Assembly (NCBI RefSeq): GCF_006345805.1
Contig: NC_042999.1
Span: 66,712,001-66,776,000, forward strand
Origin: Octopus sinensis
Taxonomy: Eukaryota
DNA length: 64,000 bases
Direction of reading: 5' to 3'
The translations under genes and the position numbers were made by a program. Every line of letters starts with the position of its first letter. The stretch's first letter is position 1. Below the pieces are notes generated by a model. That model did no database searches and was not told the DNA's origin. It saw only the letters and a list, made by a program, of their open reading frames with translations. Shown piece by piece: positions 50,521 through 64,000 of the stretch.

Positions 50521-52886
50521 AAAGGAAAGCAAAGGAAAACCAATGCAGCAGCCTGTACAGAGATTGAACCGCTTGCAAAGTTGATGTTGTACTACATACA
50601 TAATTGTCAAAATGATTCAGTAAAACGATGCTACGCACTTATTGGCCACATCGTCAAATGATTAACGGTTTCTGTCTATTTACAATGAGCAAACTAGTAG
50701 ATAATATTTCTGTGAATAACCATAGAGCGGCGTTGTATTTTAAAAGATTGAATAAAGAAAAATTACAAACATATCATCTGGTCTATTGGTGCTCTATCTT
50801 TGCTCATGTCCTGCATATGTGAACCTCCTTCAGCACTCTCGGTTTCACCTGGTAATGCTCGTTCATAACCTGTCGCTTTTTAATAGGTTATTGGAAATTC
50901 GCTTAAAATGAATAAACTATAGATGTATACAACCCTAGTTTGTTGTTGCTTTCTCCAGGCAGCTGGGATTTGAACTCAAGGCGCAATGAATCGAAAAATA
51001 TGCATTAAAATATATCTGCCGACGCGTCATTGTTTCTGTTACACTTCCACCTTTAGAGGAACACGAAATGAAGTATTTGCTCAAGAAATGAGGGTGTCAC
51101 CCAATCTAACCATCGTACATGTGCATCGCTGATCACTGGGAAACGTACCTTCGCACGTTAGGGATACTTACTGTGTAATAGACTGTGATGACGGCTTAAG
51201 CGGCTCGGCTGACAAACTATAAAGTTAAAATAGTAGTTATTACCAGAATAAAATCGTTCAATTTTATCTTTTATCGATATACTTAATATTTAAAATAGCT
51301 GTTAAAATAGCAGTTATAGAACAGTTAAAATTGGAGAATACAGACTCTAAGATTTCTTGGACCCTTAGAGTAACCTTTTTCTTTTCAGCTAAGTGAAATG
51401 AAGCTGGCGGTAAATTTTTTAGATGAATTTGTTTGAAGTCAAAGCCTTCTAAAACGTTCCCCGTTTCTTTAAGTGATGAAACTGAAATTACCTTCAGCCA
51501 AATTAACTTCTATTGACCACACTTTCATTTTCCGTTATTCTTCTGCAACATTTGAAAGCGATTGACGTAATTGTGAAATGTGAGGCTATATAAAATCTGC
51601 AAATAATATATTCTTTTATTATTTTGTAAATTTGTCATTAACAGGTGCTTCATCCTCCCAAATTTTGATATAAATAAGGAGACCCCCCCCCCACTTTGTT
51701 GATGCCCTATTCGGCAAAGATAATGTGTGATGTTCTAAAAACTGAATTTGTTTTTTGCTACAATCTCTTCAGTGTATTCCATGATCAGAATATTCAATAA
51801 TAACAGTAACGTCATTTATACACGAAGCACTTGTTTTGACAATTTGAATATAAATATTTTTCTGAACAAATTTTGATGTACCGAATGTATTGTTTGAAGA
51901 AATAAATAAAACTCTAAGACACAAAATCTGTAGAAACAGCTTCGAAGATCGGTAAATAACCTTAGAAACGCAAAAATTTGGCCAGCAAGCCGCTGCAAAT
52001 TATCGAGACTCTTAACACTAAAATTCTGGCTACCTGTGCCATTAAGTTGCATGACCCCTGATAACAGATACGGTCTTTATAAGAAAGATCATCAGCAGCA
52101 GCATCAGTAGCATCATCATCATCGCAAAAAGTGTTGACAGACTTTAGCAAAATTAAGGTGTTTGCATTCAGCGTCTATACTCATAATACATTGCCATGAA
52201 GAATGTTATAATTTTGCAGAAGCTATGGCAAATAACTTTAAATTCTTCAAAACCAGAGTTCCATCAAAGAAATTATTTTCTCCAGGATAATCGGTTATTT
52301 TTTTCTTTACTGGATAATGATCTATACCACTTTAAATCTGTGTGATGTGACAGAAAAATGTCTGTAATTTTATCCTCAATTCGGTGTGGAGACACACACA
52401 CTCACACACACGCACATACACACACACACTGGCACACACACACAAGCGTGCGCGCGAACTTCAATTTCAAAGCGGATCAACGGTTCATCTGGAGTCATAA
52501 GCTCCTGAGGCCGGTTTACCAAAGTGAAGAGAGAGTTCCAGGCAGGGGGAGGTAATAAGGGATTTCTTCTAACATTCTTATACAGAGAAACTTATCTCAT
52601 TAAAAAATAAATAAATAAATAAATACAGTGATTATCTCCCTTATTCGGGAAGAAATCCCTTATTACCTCCCCCTGCCTGGAACTTCTTTTTGCACTTCGT
52701 AATGAAGGCATGACACGATGTAGGTAAAGAAATTTGAGAAATTGAAAAGTTTACACGAAACCGGTTTTTCTCCAAAAACTATGTTACTATACACAAAATT
52801 TCCTAACATTTTTCTAACATAACGAATTAAATATATTCTTAAACCTTATAAAACAAGCCTTCTGTAGTTTTTTCAATCTTTTCTTT

Positions 52887-52930
<44 letters not shown>

Positions 52931-53004
52931 CATACATATAAATATATATATATGTGTGTGGTGTATGTGTGTCTATATATATATATATATATGTGTGTAA
53001 ATGT

Positions 53005-53051
<47 letters not shown>

Positions 53052-53416
53052 CTCTCTCTCTCTATATATATATATAAACATTTACTTGTATATAACAATA
53101 CAAGGCTAACAATAACTTTTAGAATAGTTAAGAACTGAACGTATTCTCACGGAAGGGTCGTAGGTTATAGCTCAGCACCACTCAATATTGTAAATACGTG
53201 GTCTCGCTTATATCAAACACACATATATATATGGTGATTACATATGATTTCTTTATTGCAATTAATTTGACATGCAGCTGTTTCCGACAGTTATCAGAAG
53301 AAACATTTGTAAGTAAAATTTACTGCAACAAAGAAAAATTATGTAGTGACAATTAACTAATGCTCGTCTCAATATAATATAAATGCGTATATATACATGT
53401 ATATATACATATATAC

Positions 53417-53501
<85 letters not shown>

Positions 53502-53584
53502 ATCGAAACAAGAAAACACAGCAACGCGAGGACGTGGAACAAATAAAGTATTATTGGACGCTCATGCAAATGGGAAGAAGGAGG

Positions 53585-53620
53585 GTTCAACGTTTCGAGC
53601 GGAGCTCTTCGTCGGAAACA
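53585..53620 (-). ncRNA. Minimal hammerhead ribozyme-like motif (core U4 to C)
   Basis: GTTT-CCGACGA-A-GAGC-tcc-GCTC-GAAA-CGTT-GAAC; helices I and II pair and helix III is the AACGTT palindrome. Confidence 0.5.
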
Positions 53621-53769
53621 TAGGAAAAGGAAAGATCCCGAGAAGGGACGACAGAGGAAAAAATCGGCGAAACAAATCGCTGGCGGTACTCACGAGGTCA
53701 CATAATGTATATATATTTATAAATGTATGTGTGTTTGTGTGTGTGTATATGCATATACACACACACATA

Positions 53770-53804
<35 letters not shown>

Positions 53805-53848
53805 AAAGCTAAATTCTCTCCAGAGATCTGCGTACAAGTTGTACGTAG

Positions 53849-54124
53849 CCACTTCAACATGTGTCTCCGTTCGAACGTACTCTTACTCTACGGCGATTTT
53901 TAAAAATTGCGAGCTGAAGCGAGTTACGGCCATCTTTGGTAGAAGAAAACCCAAAACCAGGACTGTTCTACTGGTCCCGTTACTTGATGGTGGTAGCGGT
54001 TGGTTCCCCTGCTCACAATTTATCTGATGTAGCTCTGCCTCAAAAACAAGCCGGAAGAAATGTCCTCTTCGTGTCAAAATTATTGCGGTAGAGTCCATTC
54101 AAACGGACAGACATGTAGAAGTGG
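53849..54124. mobile_element. MITE-like element with ~34 bp imperfect TIRs
   Basis: ccacttcaacatgtgtctccgttcgaacgtactc versus the reverse complement at 54091-54124; a related partial copy lies at ~42177-42420. Confidence 0.5.
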
Positions 54125-54142
54125 ATTCGAATAATACTTGCT

Positions 54143-54173
<31 letters not shown>

Positions 54174-54489
54174 CGATGTGTTTCTTTCAGTTTCCGTCTA
54201 CCAAATTCACTCACAAGGCTTCGGTCGGTCCGACGCTATAGTTGAAAACACTTGCCCAAGATGGCTCGCAGTTGGACTGAACCCAGAACAATGTAATTCG
54301 TAAGCAAGCCACAAGGGCAGTACACAGAGTAGCTGCGGGTTGGCCAAGGACATTATTGTGATGAGGGTGATAACGTTAAAAATGAATAAACCCCTCGAAA
54401 TCCCTGTTCAATTTAAAATTCAAGAATAAAAATTTAATATACAGTAATAAGATACAATTGTAAAAATTTCAAGAACAAGAATTCATTTT

Positions 54490-56210
54490 TCATTCATCTT
54501 CCTCGTCCGGGCCCCCAAGTAAGTTTCCTGCCGCCTGCAGGAAAGCCTGCATTGGCAGGCCCGGACGGAGGGACACAAAATCGTTATTAGTGCAGGTCCT
54601 CTTGGCCTCAATTAATTCTTCTTGGGGGATGGCCCCCGTGAAACCTGCGGAGGCCAACATGGACCGTCTATACAGACCGAGTCGTATCGTTCTCGGTCTA
54701 AAAGGCTATCCAAAAACATCTCACAAGGCCTACCCTTGACGTAGAAAATGAAAAGTTCCACCTCTTTCTCACGGGGAGGTGTCTCAACCTCCTCTGTCAG
54801 TGGCACAATTCCCACTGACAGATCCTCTCGCTCCGGAGGCACACTTCCCACCGGAGGATCATCAGTTTCGATCGGCGGCGCAGCACCATTCGCCGACTGC
54901 GTTCTTTTTCTTTTCTTCTTTCTTTACCCGTTTGCGGGAGTCGGAGCCTCCACCGGCACCCCGGGGGGTCCCTCTCCTCTCCCACAACCTGCACCTCACC
55001 TGGTGGGCAACTACCGTTGCTCACCTTCCTCTTCCTCTTTGTCGAGACTGACCCGTCAACAACCTCCTCCACCTCTCACTGCAATGGGAGAGCGGAGGGC
55101 ATCTTCACCTTTCCCTGCTCCGGGGCCTTACTACAGACCCTTGGGCAGCCCTTTTTAATGTAGGCCAACTCCAAGCACGAGTGAAACTTGAGGTGGGGAT
55201 GACCCTCAAGTATCACTGGATACCTGGAGCCAGCCATTTTCATAAAGTCAGGGAAACTCATTTCACCCGCGGCCACTGGGGTCCATAGGGTCAAAGTAAC
55301 CTTTGCACCCTCCCAGTTGACTGCAGGCGTCACCTTCACGTCTGAGAGTCTGGGCCTACTATCCCACAGACCCAAACGGATGGCATCTGCGATCCACCCC
55401 GCTTCGGTGCCCGCGGACAGCCCACATACCCAAGTTCGTATCAACTTCTTCCCACTTATTGTGGGAAGAAACAAAATTTCTTCGCCTTGCAGGGGCTGGC
55501 TAGCCACACCACCAGCTTCCTCAGGGGAGTCAAACAGCAGCCACACCGTGGATATTTGACTCTCCTGGCTATAAAGTATTTTTTAGCTTGAAAACACCTT
55601 GCCAGTTCATTTTCTATGATACCCCTATCGCAGGGGGCGATGGCATGAAGCGACCTAGAATAGATCCGTATTACCACCGTTCTTCTCTCAAGGCTTTCAA
55701 TCCATTACTTAGGTGGGACAACCTCCCACTCTAAGGCACGTTTTGTATTTGTCATGTTAAAAATCAGTTCAAAAGGAGAAAGAAAGTCCAAATAAATTAA
55801 GAAGAAGTCCAAAAAGAAATAAACAAGTCAGTCCAAAAATGTATAAAAAATAAAAATCCAAAAGAAACGTGAAAACAGTTCCAAAAGAAAAAAATACAGA
55901 AGGATAGTGAAAAGAAAAACAGTTCACACAGCGAACATCAATGACCAACAGGTACTCCTGGCCAACTTCGTAGGTTCAATGGTAATCCAACAAGTTTCAA
56001 TGGCAAAGTCCAATACGGTCGAGCGAGGATACGCCCACATTTTTTTCCAATACAACAGAACAACAAACAGCTGTCCCGACAGCAGGCACAATTGCCCCGG
56101 AAATAGGCGAAATTTATCAACAAACAAACAATTACTATTTGACAAATTACACCCAGCTCAAACGAAAACAAAACCACCTAGCTCGACGACCTTATGCCGC
56201 TGTTGTTCTT
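54490..56210 (-). mobile_element. 5' UTR/ORF1 (gag-like) part of an L1/Tx1-like LINE, degraded (copy 2)
   Basis: GC-rich frameshifted ORF pieces (55456-55677, 55076-55546, 54797-55072, 54612-54851) with a degenerate zinc knuckle (FHSCLELAYIKKGCP) and a low-complexity charged tail. Confidence 0.5.
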
Positions 56211-57557
56211 TTTTCTTTCAGTTAAATATTGGATGGAGCCAACACACTCACGTCCACCTCGGTTCCCTGTAACAAGCAACACCAACGCGCATGTGCGGGA
56301 AGCAAGCTACTTACCACACAGCCACTCTTACGCCTATATTTATTTATTCGCATTACAAAAATTTTACATTATAATATTTTCTGAAAGTCAACTATAGCAA
56401 AGATTTTATACCAAGACATCAACGACGACATCAAATATTCTATATAAGTGTGTACCTTAAATGACTTCGATTACTCTGTATGTTTTAAGGAATTACATTC
56501 TCTCTCATACGCACACGCACACACATATATAAAAAGATGCATATGTATTCATCTATGTAAACATGAAGGATGTGTATGTGTGTGAGACAGAGAGAGACCG
56601 AGCGAGTGCCGCTTACACATACATGACAAGACATATCTTCACTCACGCAGTCTCTCACTCCCTCTCTCATTCCCTGTCTCACACGCAGGTCCATTTCACA
56701 TACATGCATATACCCACACACACACACGTCCATTCCACATACACGTACATACATCTTTCTCTTTCTCCTATCTTTCACTTTCTGCTCTCACTTCAAAGCA
56801 AACGTCATGGTTTCACTTTCTCTTCTCTTTCAATTTCAGCTTTCTTCAAAGCATAAAGAAATAATTTTTGAAAAGGAACTGAGTTGCCAATTTTGACGAG
56901 TGGAATATCAAAAATTCAGTAATATTTTGGGGCCAGTAAAGTACCTTATTTGCATTTACATATTTGCATTACAAAAATTTAACATCTGTCTATAATTCAA
57001 GTATCCTAAACGAAATTGTATACCAAGACGACGACGACGTCACATTTTATAGAGTGTTGTGCCTTAAAAGACGTCCATTCTCTATAAATTATGAGGAAAT
57101 ACAATCACTCACTTCCTCACATGCAAACGCAGACACACAGAAAGATAATGTGTGTGAGAGAAATAAAGAGAAAGTGCGAGAGCGGGAGAAAGGTAGTGAA
57201 GACCACTTACACATACATGCAAAAGATTACATACATGAAATCACACATTTCATTCATTCTCCCTCTCTTTCATACGGACACACACACGCATGCGCACACA
57301 CACGTCTATTTCATATGCAAGTACATACATCTTTCACTTTCCCCTCCCTTTGCATTTCTGCTCCCATTTCAAATCATATGTCGCGTTTTCACTCTCTCCT
57401 CTTTTTCAATTTCTACTCTCTTCAAAGCATAAAGATATTAAAAAAATTCATACGGAAATTAAAGAACAATCATACCATCTACCATATGGAACACTCAACA
57501 ACATTCCTGCTTCAAAAGAAAGGCTGCCGTAAAATATCATAATTTGGCGTACACGCG

Positions 57558-57604
<47 letters not shown>

Positions 57605-58114
57605 ACTGCGTGAAACTTTTTTATGTATTATGTTATTTCTTGCTATGTGCACGCGCAAAATTACAGCCGAAATACAATTGAAATCATGTATTTCTATTCT
57701 GTAATTCGTGAATTCTCTCTCTCTGTATATAGTTACATACATACTTAGAAACGCACGTATGCTTGGGCACATGCACTAATCTTACAAATGTGTGTGTGTG
57801 TTTGTGTTTGTGCGCGTGTGTGCCTGTGTGTTGCGTTTGTGTGCATGTGTGTGTGTGTTTGTGTGTGTGCGCGTGTGTGCGCGTGTATATGTATCTCTCT
57901 ATGTAGAGGTGTTTTCCTTTTTCTTTGAAAATGCATGCAAGGAGATAATGGCCAGGATCTTTACCTGTAAACGTGACACTTGACACAAGGAAGAAAGTAA
58001 GTGTAATCTCAATAATTACTATTTTGAAGGTTTATAATAAAACTTTCATTGAAATAAACAAGCGATAAACAACTCGGAATGTATTGTATTTGTGACAGCT
58101 TGGCGTAGGATTCT

Positions 58115-58171
58115 TATATAAGAGCATTGTTACCTTCTGCACCACATATGAAAAAGCACTTACTGGTAAGT
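58115..58171 (+). promoter_or_regulatory. CRP6 TATA box, putative short non-coding exon 1 and donor
   Basis: TATATAA at 58115-58121; CTG|GTAAGT at 58165/58166; acceptor CAG|G at 58582/58583. Confidence 0.65.
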
Positions 58172-58589
58172 TTCATTCTTCCTATCTTCACATCTATTTA
58201 TATCTATCTATCTCTCTATATATCTTACTGCTTGTCTCCGTCTGTCTCTATATATCTATCTTCGTATCTATTTGTCTATCTATCTATCTTCATCCATCAT
58301 TTTCTTTAGTCATTAGACTGCGATCCTGGCAGTTTAACACGAACAGTTTGCCCACACTATTGAGCATCGTACTAACTGCCTCCTTTTAGTTAAGTTTAAT
58401 GTTTGTTGATATTTATGTATATATATTTATATGCATATATAAATATACATATATATATATATATATATTTATATGCATATATAATATATATATATGTGGA
58501 CATATATATATGCATATATAAATATACATATATATGTGGACATATACATACAAATATATGTTGGTATTTATAAATTTTACAGGTTCAAC

Positions 58590-58653
58590 ATGAATTCTAC
58601 ACTTTCTCTCATCTTCTTCTTGGGAATATACATGATGATTGCCCTGACCGAAG
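58590..58653 (+). CDS. CRP6 signal-peptide exon (identical to CRP5)
   Basis: ATG at 58590, donor GAAG|GTAAG at 58653/58654. Confidence 0.88.
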
Positions 58654-60541
58654 GTAAGAAAACTGGTCACCCATTCGTTAAATGATTTTTCGACCTTTGT
58701 CTATTTGCGCATGCAAATCTAGTTTTAGTGCAGACTTTTCATAACTGTCTAGAATCAATTTTCCTGAGAATTACAATTCATACATTATGCTTTCTTAAAA
58801 AATTCCCTATATATGAGATTCATTTTATAGATAAGATATATCTTAATATAATCCTTAATCAATCCCTTCAGTTCAGTTTGTTCCCTTCACTCTTATTGCT
58901 TCCTTTTCATGTCTGCTTCAAAAGACCACATCTCAATATTCACTTCGAGCAATTTCATCTCACCAATAATATTCCATTCGACGAAATTCCTTAGCTCTAT
59001 CCTTTCATTGGTCCGAATCACACAATTACCGATTGTTCCTTAGGTTGGACTTAGTTCTCCATAAGTGCGATTGTGATTATCACACGGCTATGTAAATACC
59101 ACATTTGGAACTAAACATAACACTGAAACACATAATAAACGCAATCGCACACATACATTACACATACGCTCACACGACATACACCACACAAGTATACTAA
59201 GCAAAAATTCTTCTTTTATTAAAACTCTTAATGCAACACGGAACCAAAATGTGCCTCTTCTGATTAAATGCAGATGAATGTTGGTTGCGGTGCCCTTTTC
59301 ATGACTCTCCAAAACCCGTCGTTCATTGCTACATTGAGCGTTATTCATTTTGTCTTTACTGGAATGCGTAACGAATGATCGATTATTACAGGCCAAGATT
59401 CCATTGCCAATTGCAGTATCACATATATGATGGAAACCAAAATAAAGAATAAGTTTTTTTCATGATTTTCAGCATTTCCTCATTCTCAGAGACTATTTCC
59501 AAAGATATAATCACTGGAAACTTTTATTCTAAGAAGAAACACATTCCCTCTTATACACAATTGAAAACATATCAGTCCAATATCAAAAACGATGTAATGC
59601 ATTTTATAAGAATGCTTAATCATTTCCTTCAGTAGAAACCTCAAGAACGCTGTTCTATCTGTCAAACAGTTCTAAATGAATCTCATGAAATCACTGGGTA
59701 CCATATATTTGTAACGTTTGTCGATATTACTATCAAGAAAGATGATATATCTTGCTGAAATCATCCTAATAAGTGTCATCAGTATGATCTCTCTTTTACA
59801 GTTTCAATCCTTCTCTTAACCTATTTATTCAATATTTCGTTATTTGAGCTGCTACTCTCTAGAATACACTTTACATTTTAGTTTTCTCAGAATCGTGAAA
59901 ATTTGGAATGTCCTATTTGAGATCCCGAGTCTGTGTAGATGTACATTAAGAACGTCTCTTCCACCTGTATTATCACCGTCACTTAAAACATAACGTTCTA
60001 TGAAAATCATCAATTGGTTTTTCTAATATATTGATCACTGTCGTGAATTGAAAGTAGTAAATATTTTCGCAGGAGTAAACGTCTCGCATTTTTATTTTAA
60101 ATAAAAGCGATGGTGTCTCTATTACAGCAATATCATGTTGAGTGTAAATCGCTTCATGGAATTCATCCAAATTGTCAAATAATTTAGAGCACTTAAATAC
60201 ATGAAAAACAGAACAATTAAAAAATACGTAGCAGTCAAATCAACTAATTTTGTGTCGTCTACAATAAAGATAAAAGTAGGAAGTTCAAACGACAAATTGG
60301 TATGGGTAATAGGTGACACAATAATGGAGTTATTTAGGATATTATAGAGAGATATATGCGTTGAGAGTAAATTGTTTTAAACGGTGGACACGTTGAACGT
60401 TGACCTGCGCAGTAGAAACAGCGTAAAGCAGGTTTAAAGAAAGAGATGAATCTAATGAATGTAGTAAGATGCAATGTATCTTTAAATTCGTTTTTAAATA
60501 TAAAATGCTATTTAATGACTTTTCGTATTTTCTAATTTTAG

Positions 60542-60735
60542 CCGGTGAAGTGGCATGTCGATATGATTGCAAGCCTGAGCTTACGAGCAAGAATATTGCT
60601 CTTACTTATGAATCTATGGAGAAGTGTCGTCGAGAGCACTGCAAATGTCGATATAATTGCTATTATAAATATTTCCACAGACGAATGATATACCACTATG
60701 TAAAGTGTGCCAGGGCTTGTCCAGATCCAAAATAA
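60542..60735 (+). CDS. CRP6 mature-peptide exon; (A)GEVACRYDCKPELTSKNIALTYESMEKCRREHCKCRYNCYYKYFHRRMIYHYVKCARACPDPK*
   Basis: Acceptor at 60540-60541, 8 Cys, TAA at 60733-60735; two nucleotide differences from CRP5. Confidence 0.88.
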
Positions 60736-63026
60736 AAAGGAAAGCAAAGGAAAACCAACGCAGCAGCCTGTACAGAGATTGAACTGCTTGCAAAGTTGAT
60801 ATTGTACTACATACATAATTGTCAAAATGATTCAGTAAAACGATGCTACGCACTTATTGGCCACATCGTCAAATGATTAACGGTTTCTGTCGATTTACAA
60901 TGAACAAACTAGTAGATAATATTTCTGTGAATAACCATAGAGCGGCGTTGTATTTTAAAAGATTGAATAAAGAAAAATTACAAACATATCATCTGGTCTA
61001 TTGGTGCTCTATCTTTGCTCATGTCCTGCATATGTGAACCTCCTTCAGCACTCTCGGTTTCACCTGGTAATGCCCGTTCATAACCTGTCGCTTTTTAATA
61101 GGTTATTGGAAATTCGCTTAAAATGAATAAACTATAGATGTATACAACCCTATTGTTGTTGTTGTTGCTTTCTCCAGGCAGCTGGGATTTGAACTCAAGG
61201 CGCAATGAATCGAAAAATATGCATTAAAATATATCTGCCGACGCGTCATTGTTTCTGTTACACTTCCACCTTTAGAGGAACACGAAATGAAGTATTTTGC
61301 TCAAGAAATGAGGGTGTCACCCAATCTAACCATCGTACATGTGCATCGCTGATCACTGGGAAACGTACCTTCGCACGTTAGGGATACTTACTGTGTAATA
61401 GACTGTGATGACGGCTTTAAGCGGCTCGGCTGACAAACTATAAAGTTAAAATAGTAGTTAAATTACCAGAATAAAATCGTTCAATTTTATCTTTTATCGA
61501 TATACTTAATATTTAAAATAGCTGTTAAAATAGCAGTTATAGAACAGTTAAAATTGGAGAATACAGACTCTAAGATTTCTTGGACCCTTAGAGTAACCTT
61601 TTTCTTTTCAGCTAAGTGAAATGAAGCTGGCGGTAAATTTTTTAGATGAATTTGTTTGAAGTCAAAGCCTTCTAAAACGTTCCCCGTTTCTTAAAGTGAT
61701 GAAACTGAAATTACCTTCAGCCAAATTAACTTCTATTGACCACACTTTTCATTTTCCGTTTATTCTTCTGCAACATTTGAAAGCGATTGACGTAATTGTG
61801 AAATGTGAGGCTATATAAAATCTGCAAATAATATATTCTTTTATTATTTTGTAAATCTTTGTCATTAACAGGTGCTTCATCCTCCCAAATTTTGATATAA
61901 ATAAGGAGACCCCCCCACTTTGTTGATGCCCTATTCGGCAAAGATAATGTGTGATGTTCTAAAAACTGAATTTGTTTTTTGCTACAATCTCTTCAGTGTA
62001 TTCCATGATCAGAATATTCAATAATAACAGTAACGTCATTTATACACGAAGCACTTATTTTGACAATTTGAATATAAATATTTTTCTGAACAAATTTTGA
62101 TGTACCGAATGTATTGTTTGAAGAAATAAATAAAACTCTAAGACACAAAATCTGTAGAAACAGCTTCGAAGATCGGTAAATAACCTTAGAAACGCAAAAA
62201 TTTGGCCGGCAAGCCGCTGCAAATTATCGAGACTCTTAACACTAAAATTCTGGCTACCTGTGCCATTAAGTTGCATGACCCCTGATAACAGATACGGTCT
62301 TTATAAGAAAGATCATCAGCAGCAGCATCAGTAGCATCATCATCATCGCAAAAAGTGTTGTCAGACTTTAGCAAAATTAAGGTGTTTGCATTCAGCGTCT
62401 ATACCCATAATACATTGCCATGAAGAATGTTATAATTTTGCAGAAGCTATGGCAAATAACTTTAAATTCTTCAAAACCAGAGTTCCATCAAAGAAATTAT
62501 TTTCTCCAGGATAATCGGTTATTTTTTTCTTTACTGGATAATGATCTATACCACTTTAAATCTGTGTGATGTGACAGAAAAATGTCTGTAATTTTATCCT
62601 CAATTCGGTGTGGAGACACACACACACTCACACGCACATACACACACACACTGGCACACACACACAAGCGTGCGCGCGAACTTCAATTTCAAAGCGGATC
62701 AACGGTTCATCTGGAGTCATAAGCTCCTGAGGCCGGTTTACCAAACTATGTGGTGTCTCTATCGCTACTCTCTGAACTGAACTCCGTATTGTCGCCGAGT
62801 TACCTATTTTTCCCAACTGTTTGGACTGTAGCAACGTGAAATGAATTGCTGAGGCCAAGAATACGATGCTTCGCCGACTCCAATAATCCAACCCAGAAGA
62901 TTGCAATCAAGATTGCAAAACACTAAGTTACACACCTTGTGTGTGTATGTGTATACATATATGAATATATTATGTATACACATAATATACACGTGAAAGC
63001 ACGTGGTTGGATATATATAAAAAAAA

Positions 63027-63573
63027 CAAAAGAGTGAAAAGACTACAGAAGGCTTGTTTTATAAGGTTAAAGAATATATTTAAGTCGTTATGTTAGAAAA
63101 ATGTTAGAAAATTTTGTGTATAGTAACATAGATTTGGGGGAAAGACCGGTTTTGTGTAAACTTTTCAATTTCTCAAATTTATTTACCTACATCGTGTCAC
63201 GTCTTCATTATGAAGTGCAAAGAGAGTTCCAGGCAGGGGGAGGTAATAAGGGATTTCTTCTAACATTCTTATACAGAGAAACTTATCTCATTAAAAAATA
63301 AATAAATAAATAAATAAAGTGATTATCTCCCTTATTCGGGAAGAAATCCCTTATTACCTCCCCCTGCCTCGAACTTCTTTTTGCACTTCGTAATGAAGGC
63401 ATGACACGATGTAGGTAAAGAAATTTCAGAAGTTGAAAAGTTTACACGAAACCGGTTTTTCTCCAAAGACTATGTTACTATACACAAAATTTCCTAACAT
63501 TTTTCTAACATAACGACTTAAATATATTCTTAAACCTTATAAAACAAGCCTTCTGTAGTTTTTTCAATCTTTT
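63027..63573. mobile_element. Foldback/MITE-like element with ~234 bp inverted arms and ~80 bp spacer
   Basis: 63027-63260 is the reverse complement of 63340-63573. The unit-1 counterpart (52525-52883) has lost most of the left arm. Confidence 0.8.
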
Positions 63574-63575
63574 CT

Positions 63576-63640
<65 letters not shown>

Positions 63641-63656
63641 GAATATATATACATAC

Positions 63657-63690
<34 letters not shown>

Positions 63691-64000
63691 CTATATATAT
63701 ATATATATGTGTGTGTGTGTCTCTCTCTCTTTCTATATATATAACATTTACTTGTATATAACAATACAAGGCTAACAATAACGTTTAGAATAGTTAAGAA
63801 CTGAACGTATTCTCACGGAAGGGTCGGAGGTTATAGCTCAGCACCACTCAATATTGTAAATACGTGGTCTCGTTTATATCAAACACACATATATATATGG
63901 TGATTACATATAATTTCTTTTGTAGAAGAAAACCCAAAACCAGGACTGTTCTACTGGTCCCGTTACTTGATGGTGGTACCGGTTGGTTCCCCTGCTCGCA

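Larger units (their letters stand above)
55207..64000 (+). repeat. Tandem segmental duplication unit 2 (contains CRP6), runs off the window end
   Basis: See unit 1. Confidence 0.95.

Noticed and set aside
50628-50822. 64-aa ORF MLRTYWPHRQ... repeated at 40953-41147 and 60843-61037
   Set aside because: It lies in the 3' flank across an AATAAA. Its recurrence is explained by the ~97% identity of recent duplicates, and it has no recognisable motif.

Overview
AT-rich, microsatellite- and transposon-dense eukaryotic genomic DNA with one 100-N assembly gap (44789-44888). The SINE families and repeat landscape look like octopus/cephalopod DNA (inference from recognised repeat motifs, not verified). 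No prokaryotic features, CRISPR arrays, rRNA or true tRNA genes were found. The only host genes I can support form a cluster of a small secreted 8-cysteine peptide family that I do not recognise (working names CRP1-6). Gene structure is TATA, a tiny non-coding exon, a signal-peptide exon (MNST...LTE), a phase-1 intron, then a mature exon with C-x3-C-x(12-18)-C-x(4-5)-C-x-C-x3-C-x15-C-x3-C. There are three apparently intact genes (CRP1 on -, CRP5 and CRP6 on +), one intact orphan mature exon (CRP4) and two decayed signal-exon cassettes (CRP2, CRP3). CRP4 and CRP5 differ at 18 exon nucleotides, all amino-acid changing, while the flanking non-coding DNA differs by only about 2-3%, a venom/antimicrobial-peptide-like signature of accelerated evolution. 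The second highlight is a retrozyme-like tandem repeat (18169-18951) with two type I hammerhead ribozymes 446 nt apart, plus several decayed hammerhead motifs. The rest is two mariner elements, a Penelope-like element with a nested R4/Dong LINE, CR1/L2-, Tx1- and RTE-like LINE fragments, a Chapaev-type relic, MITEs, many SINEs, and a ~10.2 kb tandem duplication carrying CRP5/CRP6. All alignments and counts were done by eye.
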